A stretch of DNA of 62,885 nucleotides, the filler included, from Octopus bimaculoides (Eukaryota), in NCBI RefSeq assembly GCF_001194135.2. It is 3 parts of 3 records of this genome, joined end to end, with 100 filler letters (N's around TTAATTAATTAA, not from the genome) between each part and the next. Parts side by side here need not be neighbours in the genome. Positions count along the whole stretch, not along the records: positions 41,694 to 62,885 come from NC_068989.1; 2 more parts are not named here. The stretch is one strand, 5' to 3'. Below, piece by piece: positions 49,996-62,885 of the stretch. A program made the translations under genes and the position numbers. Position 1 is the stretch's first letter. Each line of letters opens with the position of its first letter. The notes below the pieces were generated by a model. The model saw only the letters and a list, made by a program, of their open reading frames with translations. It had not been told where the DNA came from and did no database searches.

Positions 49996-51321
49996 NNNNN
50001 NNNNNNNNNNNNNNNNNNNNNNNNNNNNNNNNNNNNNNNNNNNNNNNNNNNNNNNNNNNNNNNNNNNNNNNNNNNNNNNNNNNNNNNNNNNNNNNNNNNN
50101 NNNNNNNNNNNNNNNNNNNNNNNNNNNNNNNNNNNNNNNNNNNNNNNNNNNNNNNNNNNNNNNNNNNNNNNNNNNNNNNNNNNNNNNNNNNNNNNNNNNN
50201 NNNNNNNNNNNNNNNNNNNNNNNNNNNNNNNNNNNNNNNNNNNNNNNNNNNNNNNNNNNNNNNNNNNNNNNNNNNNNNNNNNNNNNNNNNNNNNNNNNNN
50301 NNNNNNNNNNNNNNNNNNNNNNNNNNNNNNNNNNNNNNNNNNNNNNNNNNNNNNNNNNNNNNNNNNNNNNNNNNNNNNNNNNNNNNNNNNNNNNNNNNNN
50401 NNNNNNNNNNNNNNNNNNNNNNNNNNNNNNNNNNNNNNNNNNNNNNNNNNNNNNNNNNNNNNNNNNNNNNNNNNNNNNNNNNNNNNNNNNNNNNNNNNNN
50501 NNNNNNNNNNNNNNNNNNNNNNNNNNNNNNNNNNNNNNNNNNNNNNNNNNNNNNNNNNNNNNNNNNNNNNNNNNNNNNNNNNNNNNNNNNNNNNNNNNNN
50601 NNNNNNNNNNNNNNNNNNNNNNNNNNNNNNNNNNNNNNNNNNNNNNNNNNNNNNNNNNNNNNNNNNNNNNNNNNNNNNNNNNNNNNNNNNNNNNNNNNNN
50701 NNNNNNNNNNNNNNNNNNNNNNNNNNNNNNNNNNNNNNNNNNNNNNNNNNNNNNNNNATATATATGTGTGTGTGTGTGTGTGTATGTGTGCGTGTGTGTA
50801 TTATTGGATAAGTTTAATTAGTATTGTGATATTAAGGTTTATGTGGCACTCTTTTTAATTGCACTCACGAGAGTTTTTCCAATAATAGGTTTTTATCAAT
50901 CATCAGTTACAAAAGCAGCAGCAACTACGATGGCGGCTGTAGCATCGGGCGAAGTACAGTCACAGCAGTAAATATTTCTTATCAGCTGCATCGAACCACA
51001 TTCATGGAAATATCCTATGTTAATTATCGCCTTTTCAATTATTAACCATACATTATCATCATAGTGTTTTAAGATCACGGCTCGAGTTTAAATCCTGTAT
51101 GCCATTAAAAATAAGTTCGCTACATGAGACAAATAATATTAATCCTAAACAATGCAGGTGAAAATTCCAGTCCCTATCAATGCAGTTCAGCTAAAGCATT
51201 TAATATTTTTGTTAACGTTTTATGGCTTTGCTGAAAATCTGATCTTTGTAACTAATGAGTTTCATATTCTCAAAGTAGCCCATTATCTGGAGTTTTTAAA
51301 ATTAGTCTCTTAGATTATCTA

Positions 51322-52579
51322 CGAGATAGTATGAAAAGGTTCTTGGACTAGTTTTGTTGCGAGCCAACAGATGGCAGCACTCAGTTGCATGCGCAGTGAG
51401 AGTTACCTGTAACCTTCATGAGGCAGTGCGCCGAGTGACATCGCTGTGTTTACTTCGCAACTTGTGAAATTTGTGTTTCTGTTATCATGTGTATACTTTA
51501 GTCTGCGGTTTTGTCATGGACAGGAAATTTGAACAAAGAGCCAACGTGAATTTTGAGTTAGACTTGGGAAGTATGCTACAGAGATATTGAGTATCCTTCG
51601 CAAAGCTTACGACGACGAGGCAATGACTCGTACGCAATGCTTGAGTGGCAAGGGCGCTTCAAAAGCGGAAGAATCCCCTCGAAGACGATGACCGATGTGG
51701 AAGACCTTCAACGAGCGTCACCCCCGAAAATGTGCAGAAAATTCATCAGCTGGTGCATGCGGAGGACAATCAATGACATTGCTGATGTTGTTGTTCTGTC
51801 GTATGTTTCCTTTCAGTAATCCTAATGTCTGAATTGAGCATGCGGCAAGTTTGTCCCTCGTCTGCTGACCACTAAGAAGAAAGAACATGACGTCGATGTC
51901 TGTCAAGATATCCATCAGCGTGCTGCTGATGACCCATCCTTCATGTCGAGGATTATCACCGGTGACGAGAGTTGGGTCTACGGGTACGACTTTGAGATGA
52001 AGTATCAGTCGTCACAATGGAAGAGCCATTCATCTCCACGACCAAAGGAGGCATGACAGAGCCGCAGCTTATTCAAGAGCATGCTCATCGATTGTTTCGA
52101 CATCCGCAGTATTGTGCACCGAGAATTCATGCCGCAGGGCCAGACCGTCAATTGAGAGTTCTACTGCGACATTTGGAACCGTTTGAGGGAGGACATTCGG
52201 CTAAAGCAATCGGATCTGTGGAGCGCGAACTGGATCCTTCACGATGATAATGCATCCTATCACTGAGCTCTCGTGAGTTTCTCGCCAAAAACAAATTGGT
52301 ATCACTTTCGCACCTGCTCTATTCGCCAGATTTAGCACCTGCGGACATCCATCTCTTTCCCAAGAGGAAAATGTAGCTCAAAGGTCGTCGTGTTAACACC
52401 GTTGTTGAAATCCAGAGAGATTCGCAGAAGGTCCTCGACTCGCTTACTGAAAACGACTTCCAAGTCAGGTTTCAGAAGCGTCAGGAATGCTGGGACCGGT
52501 GTATTGCTTCGCAAAATGACTTTTCGAAGGAGATGATGTTAAAACATAACTAGTCTAGTAACCTATTGATACCACCTCG
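51322..52579 (+). mobile_element. mariner DNA transposon 3, full length (~1.26 kb), transposase disrupted
   Basis: TIRs CGAGATAGTATGAAAAGGTT...GACTAG and CTAGTCTAGTAACCTATTGATACCACCTCG with TA flanks. IITGDESWVYGYD, LHDDNA and YSPDLAPAD. Confidence 0.9.
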
Positions 52580-53019
52580 TAGGTGGAGTAAGACACTATA
52601 AATTCTTCTGACATTTTCTTAATGAAAGTTTCCTATATAATACTATAAATTTGCAATGAACAGCTGAGACTTGTCAAGTGCCATTGTGATGACATTAAAC
52701 TCGGAATGAAATCTGATTATTAAAAATGGTACTAGGTAAAGCATAAATATCTCACAAATATTCAAAGTTAAACATATATCTCTTAATCCAGCTTAAATTA
52801 TTTTTATTAGAATTAATATGTTATCATAGAGTGAGTTTAATATCTCCCAGACTTTATCGAAAGTTTATTGGAAGACAATTAAATTTTCCCTGCATGCTTA
52901 AAGCACATGCAGAAGATGTGACTATCAATCTTATTTCCTAATATTTATTAACATCAATACATGGACTCAGTTTCGCTTTTCTTGCTAATCAATTGATCAC
53001 GTGAGATTAAATGTAAAGA

Positions 53020-53272
53020 ACGGCTAAAGAACCACTTCGGTCATGAATGACCATGGTATTGCACATAGAAAGTTACCCTCCATGTTATCCAAGAGAAAGG
53101 CAAAGGCTAATACAGATTGGTACCAGTGCTGCGCAACTCATTTGCATAGCTGGCTGAACTGGAGCAACGTGAAATAAAGTCTTGCTCAAGGACACAACAT
53201 ACAGCCCAGTCTGGGAATCGAACTCACTACCTCGTGATTGTGAGTTCGACGCTCTCTCACTAGTGAGCCATG
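53020..53272 (-). mobile_element. SINE family D (tRNA head plus CORE-like domain)
   Basis: Minus strand: TGGCTCACTAGTGAGAGAGCGTC...GAGTTCGATTCCC...TTGTGTCCTTGAGCAAGACTTTATTTCACGTTGCTCCAG. The GTGTCCTTGRGCAAG segment resembles the CORE-SINE domain. Confidence 0.65.
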
Positions 53273-53833
53273 GACCTGCTGGCCTTGTGCCAAAATTTGA
53301 AACCGACATTATTATAAAGACGTCAGATTTATCACTTTATAAAATATTAGCCTAATAAAAAAATAATTCAGTAATTATCTTAAAATAATTATAATTTCTT
53401 ATGATGAAAAAACAGCAAAAAAAAAAAAGTACTTTCGACTGTAGCATTTTACGGTTCCAGCACCAGGATCGTGCTGTCTTTCATATTTTGCTTCTACATT
53501 TCCTGCAAAGAACATGAAAATGATGACGTGCAATCTAAGTCGCATTCCTCCCGAAAAAAGACATGCTATGTCTCCATCTCAGAAATTAAGGTACAGAAAC
53601 ATTTCACCCAATTTGTTAAACCGTTAACCCCAACACATTTTTTCGTGTTTCTCTCTCACCCCCCCTCTCTCTCTTCCTTTCTCTGTCTATCTATCTCCCC
53701 ATTTTTTCCACTCTCATACGTATTTGTCGAAGTGTCAAAAACTTTTCCATTCTCCCGAAACGTCAAACTAATATACCTGGATATTGTTCACCTGCCTTTG
53801 TCTTTTGTTTTCTGTAAATTTGAACTAAAACAC

Positions 53834-53868
<35 letters not shown>

Positions 53869-53924
53869 CACACACACATATACTCACACACACACACTCA
53901 CACACACACACACACATATATATT

Positions 53925-53968
<44 letters not shown>

Positions 53969-54451
53969 ATGAGATTCTGCATAATATGCACCCATTTGAT
54001 AGTACTCACAATATGTTGATCAACTTCAGGTTAGGTCAGAAAATATATCAACGACGCCCCAGAGAATGAGGTAGAACCCGGATCCACTAAGTTACTAACC
54101 AAACATCTTCAGTACACGGCCGTTTCCTTCATTTTCTAGTTTAGATTCTCTTTCCTCTTCTGAACATGTTTTACTAATTCTTTTCCTAATACCACACATG
54201 CAGTCCTTGTTCCACATTATCGTATTTAGAATGTTTATTTAGATTAGTTTCATAAAACACACTTTGCTGACTAACGTTAAGGCTGTTCTTTGTCATATGT
54301 GCGTTTTATTCCTTTTCTTGATCCTAATGTTATTCTTTTTTTATCGGCTTCATCTGTTTCTCGTTCAAGTATTTTTGTCTTTGATTTCAACATTGCTTAT
54401 CTTTGTTATACAAAGTGTATAAATACACAACGATAACAATAATAATGATTT

Positions 54452-54659
54452 AAAACTTTTGCCACAAGGGCAGCTTGCAGGAGGGGGATTAAGTTGATTA
54501 CAGCGACCCTAGTGTTTCACTGGTACTTAATTCATCGACCCCGAATGGATGAACGGCATAGTCAACCGTGGCGGAATTTGAACTCAGAACGTAGTGACAG
54601 GCGAAATACTACTAAGCATTCCTTCCAGCATATTAATGATTCAGCCAGCTCGCCGCCTT
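54452..54659 (-). mobile_element. SINE family A
   Basis: Ends CAGCTCGCCGCCTT on the plus strand; body recognisable. Confidence 0.8.
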
Positions 54660-54673
54660 AATAATAATAATAA

Positions 54674-56820
54674 TTTATTCTTTTATTGGCCACAAGGGCT
54701 ACTATAAATATACATAAAAGGACATGCAACAACATAAAAGGCAACACCAAAAGATATAAATGGTTTTAACGCGTGTAAACAATAAACAAAAACAATAAAA
54801 ATTAAACAATAAAATCTCCCAATAGGGGGAGGCGCTTTAAGGTTACTCGTGGAAAAACCCACAAAATCCACGGGTGACTGACCAACAGTTAAAGAGCTGC
54901 CCTTCTTTCATTTCTCACAAGTGTATACTCAGAATTGATCCTTTCACACCTTTCTTCCAACATTCACCCAACTTTCAATAAACTTACAAAAAGACAACAC
55001 TTTCCTCTCTGCAGTCACTCTTCTTTTCAAGTGAAACTTGAAAAACTTGATGAGGACTTGGTGAAAGAGTAAAGTGTCTGACTTCAGCACTTTCAAACGA
55101 GATTGTCAGATTCCTGAACTACCTCCTCTATGATATAGTGCATGAAGTGGAGGCTGTCGTAGACAAATCTGTTTGGGATAGCGCATGTATGCGTGTCATT
55201 GACCAGCTTATCGTCGTCAAGCCTCAACCTTGGCTAAAATTTTATAATCTGCATTCAGCAGTGTTATGGGCCTAAAATTGTCTATTTGATCCCCCTTGTT
55301 AGGGTCCTTTCTCAGCTGTACTAACACGCCACAGCTCTCAGCAAAGGGAATTCTCACGCTCTGCTGCCAGTTGCTGTCGACATCCGCTAAGAGATCACCG
55401 AAAATGCCTGGTGTATGAAAAGAAAGCTCGAAGGCCAGACCATAGATTTCCGGAGACTGCTCCTTTGTGCAACTAGTCATGTCGTTCCGTATGTCTTTGG
55501 CATATTTCCGGATCCCTTGGCGAAAGATACGACATACTGAGTTAGAAGATGAGATCTAACCCCGTCTCAGACTTACAGTTCGGTAAAATACCACTGAAAG
55601 TTCGTTCACATCTGCTTGGATTCGTATAGTATGTGCCTATCTCCGCCCGTCTTTGACGGGCCGAGACTTGCACATACTAAACGAATTGTGACTTTACTGC
55701 TACGTTGCACCTCTGCCTCTCGGGTCCAATAAACTGCTTTGATCCTGTCCTGACAACGCAACCTTCGTGTTTAGCAATGTAGAGTTGATCAAGAGTCAAT
55801 CTCGCCGTCAGCACGTTGGTCGTAATTCCTATTCTAAGCACTCTTCCTGTGTCCTTGTTAGGTCTCCTTCTAGCCTGAATTCTTCTATTTCTTTACTAAA
55901 TCCTACCACTTCTACTCTAATATCCCTTTTCAGGGATATGCACCATAATCTGGGACCTTGCTTATGGATCCTATCTATATCGACCATACAGATTACAAAT
56001 TTGTGGCCTGGTAGCTGACGACTTTGAATTGCAAACAACTTATGCTACTTCTACCTGCAGGCCTATACAATAGTCTATCTAGATAGGATCTGAAGACCTA
56101 ATGCTGTTTGCCCATATACATACTGGCACATTCGGGAAATCCATTCAGAACCTTTCGGATAATTGGAATCTACTGAGAAAGCTTGTGAAGCTTTAACATC
56201 CTTTTCTTCTATCGACTAGACCCAACCGATCCCAAGCGTGCGCATGCTGGCGTTCCAATCGCCCACTAGCACTAAAGAGCGAGATGTCCGAAGGAAAACG
56301 TCCAAACGTCTGAAGAAATCTAGCTGTTCCGCCCCAGTCGGAATGTGCACAGCAACTAGTCAAAAAGCTCCACCCTCACTATTCCTCACATCCAGGACCA
56401 CCATCTTACCATCCAGGTCCAGGAAGATCGTCTTTACATCAAGATCGAAGCCACCCATTCCAAGCCGACTAATAGATGCGTAGATCTCAAAATCAGTGAT
56501 CGAGTGTGTCGGAAATCTTGGTCTTGCTGACGGCCGACATATCCATTACTAGTGATCTGAGACCGTTGAGCAGGTGATCTTGCTTTCAGGGCGACTCCAG
56601 GCCACGAACTTTTATGCAACCAACTCTTAAACTCGCCATGATCAATGAACAGAGTTTAGAGTAGAGACAAAGAAGAGGGTCTATTTACTCAGCGTGTACC
56701 ACAGGAGGGTAAGTGTTTCAGCTCCCATAACTTGGCGTTCTTTTGGGAACCCTTTTAAAAGCCTACTCTTGGCTTTTACATTAAGAGCTCTCATGTCATG
56801 AGGGAAGCTCTGTCTCCACT
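54674..56820 (-). mobile_element. L1/Tx1-type LINE remnant: ORF2 (APE plus RT start), internal deletion, C-terminus and 3' tail
   Basis: ATG at 56639 (MASLRVGCIKVRGL); LVAVHIP...LVLVGDWNA and SYLDR (APE motifs); KDPNKGDQIDNFRPITLLNADYKILAKV (RT start); VLIKFFKFHLKRRV (C-terminus); tail GTAGCCCTTGTGGCCAATAAAAGAATAAA followed by (TTA)n. Many stops. Confidence 0.8.
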
Positions 56821-56904
56821 AAATGCTGCTAGGCATTATCTCCGACACACAAATGTTCTATCAGATCAACGCCTCATTTTATAACACCCAGAACAATAGC
56901 TACA

Positions 56905-56966
56905 AGACCACCATCACTATCACCACCACTATTACCACCACCAATACTATCACCACCACCACCACC

Positions 56967-57002
<36 letters not shown>

Positions 57003-57034
57003 GATGATGATGATGCTGATGATGATGATGATGA
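56905..57034. repeat. Compound (ACC)n(ACT)n(GAT)n microsatellite
   Basis: Direct reading. Confidence 0.9.
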
Positions 57035-57035
57035 T

Positions 57036-57192
57036 TTCAAATTTAGGCACAATGCCAGTAAATTCGGGGAGGAGCGAAATCAATTATATCGACCATAGTA
57101 CTCAACTTTTATCGAACACGAAAGGATGAAAGGCAAAAATCGATCTCGGCGGAATTTGGACTGAGAACGTAAAGACGGACGAAATACCGAAC
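57036..57192 (-). mobile_element. SINE family A, head-truncated
   Basis: AAAGGATGAAAGGCAAAAATCGATCTCGGCGGAATTTGGACTGAGAACG. Confidence 0.7.
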
Positions 57193-59407
57193 TTAAAACC
57201 CAAAGAACCTGAAAAAATACCACAAGAAGATAAATAAAACCTGAGTGAACGCCGAAAAGTGTTGAACGAATCCACACCTGAGGTCGAAAAACTTTTCATT
57301 GTTTTCTTCTAATTAGAAGCAACCAGATGTCTTTAATGAATAACAACTGAAAAATGTCTGGTGATTATGAAGAAACAACTGATTAAATTGGTTTCTCGAT
57401 GTAAGGCAATAGTCATCTTATACAGAATAATAACATTTGGCATTCATAAACTGTATATCGTTTCAGTATTATAAAATACTAACAGAAAAGCTGAGTTACA
57501 AAAACATTAAAAAACAAAATCGTCACATAATGGCAAGGATAGCAGAGTCTAAGGCATCGCAATCCATCCTGGCAGAAGATCAATGCAAAATACGGAATAT
57601 TGTCGTATGGGACCTATATGAATTAAAGTGGTTAGTCTTTGAAGTTAAACTCCCAATAGACAATAATATACCACCGAAGAAAAGAAGAAATGATCCAAAA
57701 TAAATATTTACCACTAGAAATAACTTCAACGAAGAAGGGGTTTAACCGAAAATCAATACCTATAAGAACAAGATATTTTTAGAATGAATTTAAAATGTTG
57801 CTGAAAAGCACATAAAGGAAACCTTAAGAATGTCAGAAATACGCAACATAGAGAAAATAGCTCCCACTTTATACTGAATATATATGTTTTGCAAAATACT
57901 TTTGATAGAATTCAAAACACAACGAAGTATATCATTGTATTTATCCTCAGCTTACCGATCTGCTCTTGGCTGTGCAGTGAAAGCGCGCAATGAAAATAAA
58001 ACTATTGAGATATAAAAATATAAAACAACCGACAACTTTATACTGCTTCATTACTCCGATAATTATTTATTAACATCGATGAAATAACACCGATCAAATT
58101 TCCCTTATTAATACACTACTAACCGCTACGTGTAATCACATTAATAGGCACATAACAGATCAATACCAAACACATTACTACCCTGCAAAATAAACTGTCA
58201 CAAATTACACATGGAAAAATGCTTCTTTCAACTCCAAGTTTACAAGAGAAAATTTAATTCACAAAATGTAGGAAATAGCGTCCAAAACTCTGCCATACCA
58301 GAATGAACTACCCTGCTACCCGATAAACATTTGATAGATTCAGAGGCAATACCTTCTCCATTTTGTCTGCTGGGGCAGGGAGGTAACTTACGACAACGTT
58401 TAATCGCTGAAATCATGAAAAAGATTATATTACTTTCATAATAAATATAGAAAACATTATTAAACACACACAAAAAAGAAAAAGAGAAAAATCGTAAATA
58501 GCCAATGGAGGATATGCGTTGATAATATCAGCATACTTTGCAACACCAACACCGAAAAGAAAAGAGGGCATCATGGACTTCATATTCAAATATCTGAGAT
58601 AGAAGTTCTCATAGTCTAAAAGCAAAATTGAATTTCTCCAGACCAGGTAAAAATAAGGTATTAAGTTCTAAAAACGAAAATGATAAGCAAAATTAGAATT
58701 ATAACACTCAGAAGAAAAATACTTAATGAAAATACTAAACACCAAAAGAACAAACAAAATATAAACAAAAACTAGAGCTAATCATGAGAATAGTGTTTAA
58801 AAATACAGAGATAGAGCAAAATAGGCAACAACAGACGTAGCACATGTAATAAATTTTAAGTAAATAATGCTTTTATTAGCATGACGATAGATAAGCTTGT
58901 ATTTCTAACGTGATTGTAACCTAAACAGAGGTTATAAACGTTCTTTGAGGGTACTTCTTGTTGACTATATGCCATGAAATAATTACTAGAAAACGCTAGA
59001 AAGTAAACAATCTGGAAATTCTTGTTGAAATATTTAATAATAAAATATTAGCAAATAATAATGTTGAATAAAGATACCTGTTGGGTTTGGGAACTAAATT
59101 CTAGACGAACGGAAGGTGTTGGATAAATCGAGAAAGCGAGATGGAAAATATATATGTAGAGAGAGAAGTCGAGGGGTCTACGCATGCTACAGATTAGAGA
59201 CGTGTAGCAGTCTTCCTAAGTCGTGGGTTCTGGAAGCATTTGTCATGAATAAGTTAGAATCACTAAGGATCCACTTTATTGAATTAAAGGAAGTAATGCT
59301 AAAACGTTTCTAAAATATCTCCTGTATGACCAACAACTGAGAAGACAAAAGTGAATTAGGCAAATAAATAACAGGTCAAATGACACTTAATACAAAGATG
59401 AAGTAAA

Positions 59408-59628
59408 TATTGGTTTCAAATTTTAGTACAAGGCAAGTATTTCCGAAGAGAGGGAGGGTAAGTTGGTTACAGCGACCTCAGTGTTCAACTGGTACTTATT
59501 TTATCGACCTCGAAATGATGGAAGGTAAAATCGACCTCGGCATAATCTAAACTCAGAACCTAAATACGGACAAAATACAGCCAAGCATTTTGTCCTGCGT
59601 GATAACGATTCTGCCAGCTCACCGCTTT
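59408..59628 (-). mobile_element. SINE family A
   Basis: GGTACTTATTTTATCGACC...GATTCTGCCAGCTCACCGCTTT. Confidence 0.8.
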
Positions 59629-61319
59629 AAGATAAGGCAAATATTAACTTAATCGAAGAAGGAGATTAAGTTAGCCCTGATAAAAAATCTGGTGTGGTTC
59701 TTTACACCAGATTGATTCGGCTAAAAGCATAAATGAGCTGGTTATAGACCACACGAGAAAATAAATGTATCAATCAAATCTATCCCACCAGAAAGTACTA
59801 TGAAACAGGCAATGAAACAGATTTCATGAAATACTTGCAGAGTGAAAATAACAATTATGTTTCTCACAGTCGAGTCTTAATAGATGATTCAATGGAGCTA
59901 TTAAATTCTGTTGGAAAAAAAAAGGGAGCATAACGAAAATGAAGGTAGCAAAATTATAAGCATCTATACTGAGACATAGAAATTTAGGATCAAATATTTT
60001 TTGTTTTAGAACAATAAATACATAAAGGGTCTCCCGTTCGAATTATCACTCCCAAATAATGAATATAATATTCGCTCCATTCTAGATAAAAATAAATATT
60101 TTGTTCATCGGTGCGACATTTACTGCATATTAGAAGAGGTTGACACGTGATGTTGTGATATTTATATCTTTCCAAAGTGTGTTAGAAGTGTAAGTGAAAT
60201 GAATTGGTTTTCAACTGGTATCGACATTGAATGCACGGTTTGACGCTAGCTTATAACTGGTTCAACAACAAAGAATTCTATCATAGAACATTCTGATGAT
60301 TCGACAAATTTGTTATTGCCTTTCCATTAATCATACAAACTTAGTCATCAGCTAAGTATTAGTCATATAATAGAATTGGAAGGAAAGAAGGAAGGAAAGA
60401 AGGAAGGAAGAAGAATTTGTTACAGGTTTTATCTTAGAAGATAGCTTCATCAAAGTTCCCAGCACATATCTCAACTTAGATAAGAGACGATAGGTGGGGA
60501 TTAGCGAGCGGGGGGAAATGTTTGATAGAGAAACGGCCATAGAAAATTAATGACGTGTATGATATGAACGAAAAAAAAAGTTTTAAAGAAAAGGGGTGGA
60601 AGATCATAGAGTGAAAATTATTTGAATCGATTAGCATGTGTCACCGTGTACTGACACGTCATCATTAGGTGACTTCAGCGTCCGGTACATTTATGGACAG
60701 AATCCGGTTCACGTTACACGGATGGAGAGAGAAAAGCTACTTCTCCGGCTTTTATGACTCACTAAAATACTACACAACATATTTGCCAATAGTAAGAAAA
60801 GATAAATTTTTGAGAAATGAAATCAATCAATAACACAACAACCAGCTGGTTCCAGTAAACCTATGTTGATACCTTATCGATTATCAGAACTGCTCGTTTT
60901 ACTTCATCGAAAATACCGACGCTGACACAGCTTTTGTTTTTACGTTTTTTTTTTTTTTCCCACTATATGTACTTTTTGAACATAGAAAAAAATACTGTGT
61001 ATTTTCGTATTGTGATATCCTTTTCTTTCTACATATTCACATGAACAAAACCTTTGTTGCGGTACATGTACATTCACGTACATATGCATGTTTATATATA
61101 CAATCAAATATTTATTTTGTGTCAGTATATGGGTATATAACATTAATACAAGTGTGAGGGCGTTTGAGGGTGTGCTCATCTACAGGTAAAGTATAGAATA
61201 AATATATATTTCTCGTTCAGTATCTAAATAAACATTGTCGCACGTGGTGATTGGCAGAGTTGTTAGAGAAGTGGATAACATATCTTTGTTGAATCTTTGG
61301 TTTCTAAACTCACCACATT

Positions 61320-61707
61320 GTGGAGGCGCAATGGCCCAGTGGTTAGGGTAGCGGACTCGCGGTCATAGGATCGCGGTTTCGATTCCCAGACCGGGTGTTG
61401 TGAGTGTTTATTGAGCGAAAACACCTAAAGCTCCACGAAACTCCAGCAGGGAATGGTGGCGAACCCTGCTGTACTCTTTCACCACAACTTTCTCTCACTC
61501 TTACTTCCTCTCTCTGTTGTGCCTCTAATTCAAAGGGCCAGCCTTGTCACTCTGTGTCACGCTGAATATCCCCGAGAACTACGTTAAGAGTATACGTGTG
61601 TATGGAGTGCTTAGCCACTTACACCTTAATTTCAGAAGCAGGCTGTTCCGTTTAGCGGATCAACTGGAACCCTCCTCGTCGTAAGCGACGGAGTGCCAAC
61701 AACAACA
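61320..61707 (+). mobile_element. SINE family C, full length, probable 10-bp TSD
   Basis: CTCACCACAT (61309-61318) versus CTCACCCCAT (61710-61719); intact A/B-box-like head. Confidence 0.9.
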
Positions 61708-61849
61708 ATCTCACCCCATCACACTAGTACTGCTAGATTTCTCGAGGAATTTCTACCTGCTACATGGCATCAGTAATCTGTAATTCAGATAGAAGCTCAG
61801 TCACAATTGTCTGATCGGCAGATCGACTTCACCACATTCTAGGCATAAG

Positions 61850-62042
61850 GCCCGAATTTTTTTTAGGAATTGGGCCAGTCGATTAGATCGACCCCAATAC
61901 GCAACTGATACTTAGTTTATCGACCCCGAAAGGATGTAAAACAAAATCGACTTCGGCGGAATTTGAACTCACAACATGAAGGCAGACGAGATATTGATAA
62001 ACATTTCGCCTGGCGTGCTACTGTTTTTGCCAGCTCGCTGCC
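61850..62042 (-). mobile_element. SINE family A
   Basis: ATCGACCCCGAAAGGATG...CGGCGGAATTTGAACTC...GCCAGCTCGCTGCCTT. Confidence 0.8.
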
Positions 62043-62135
62043 TTCTTTCTATCTATACATACCTATGTGTATATATATATATATATATATATAATTACAA
62101 TTTCTAAGTAACCAGATGAGGGATTCAGCATTACT

Positions 62136-62605
62136 CTTTATTTTGTACAACGGTCGTTTCGACTCATCCTGCTAATGTCCCTTTTGGGTGGGACTAGCTA
62201 GCTAAACAACTTTTCGCCCGCTAGACAATCTAGCCTGCATATATCATTCCCTTTCTTTTTTCTAGTATCATTCCTTTGCCTTAAACCTAATGTAACTCGA
62301 TCCCTCCCTGTTCTTCAGTTCACTTCCGCTACAACTTCTTTATTTTTTTATCAAGTTATTTGCCTATATTTACAAATGTTTGCAATAGTAATTGAAAATT
62401 GTAGCAATGTTTCATTCCCTAACCAGATGGGCATGTAACAAAATGACAAGCAAAATTCAGGATCTTTAGCGAGACACAACTTTATGTAGGGATGTACCTG
62501 ATGAGACCAGACTGCAAAATGCATACAACACATCATGTTGAACGGAGTCCCACCCATGAGGGACATTAGCAGGATGGGTCGAAACGACCGTTGTACAAAA
62601 TAAAG
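62136..62605. repeat. 60-bp inverted repeats enclosing a 350-bp spacer (possible MITE/foldback)
   Basis: 62136-62195 is the reverse complement of 62546-62605 with 3 mismatches. Confidence 0.85.
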
Positions 62606-62885
62606 ATTAATACCAAATGCATCTTCTCGTTACTTAATTATCATTATTTTTATCTCAACTAACATTGCAGAGTTTCTGAAGTAGATCCAACAGTAATATA
62701 ACTCGACAGCTGATGATGCCAGGTAGCCCAAACTGTACTCTACTAAACACTTCAACACACTGATCGACATAAACCCATTAGTCCAACGTATTAAATGTAT
62801 ACACACATAAATATATTTAAACATATACATACATACATACGTATGTATGTATGTATGTATGTATGTATGTATGTATATATATATA

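Noticed and set aside
630-50811. Dozens of long ORFs in the track (poly-X, CVCV, HTHT, YIYI, LSLS, ERER)
   Set aside because: They arise from N gaps and dinucleotide or tetranucleotide repeats and carry no coding signal.

Overview
Eukaryotic, AT-rich, microsatellite-dense scaffold with many N gaps. The SINE repertoire and repeat style point to a cephalopod, most likely Octopus (inference from recognition, not a search). I found no intact protein-coding gene, rRNA, tRNA gene or CRISPR array. Almost every long ORF in the track is an artefact of N runs or (CA/TG/TA/GA)n tracts. The window is a transposon graveyard. It holds four tRNA-headed SINE families (labelled A-D here), three different mariner elements with TIRs and TA TSDs, a hAT MITE with an 8-bp TSD, and a pogo/Tigger-like MITE pair. 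It also holds remnants of L1/Tx1-, R4/Dong-, CR1/L2-, RTE- and Penelope-type retroelements. The most notable structure is a TSD-bounded ~2.3-kb non-LTR element (46750-49042, minus strand) that encodes only an ORF1/gag-like protein. It carries a predicted intron with tandem repeats in its 5' region, shares its 3' tail with a SINE subfamily and partly with a Tx1/L1-type LINE, and sits inside the tRNA-like head of a SINE. Coordinates of degenerate copies are approximate (about +/-10-20 bp).
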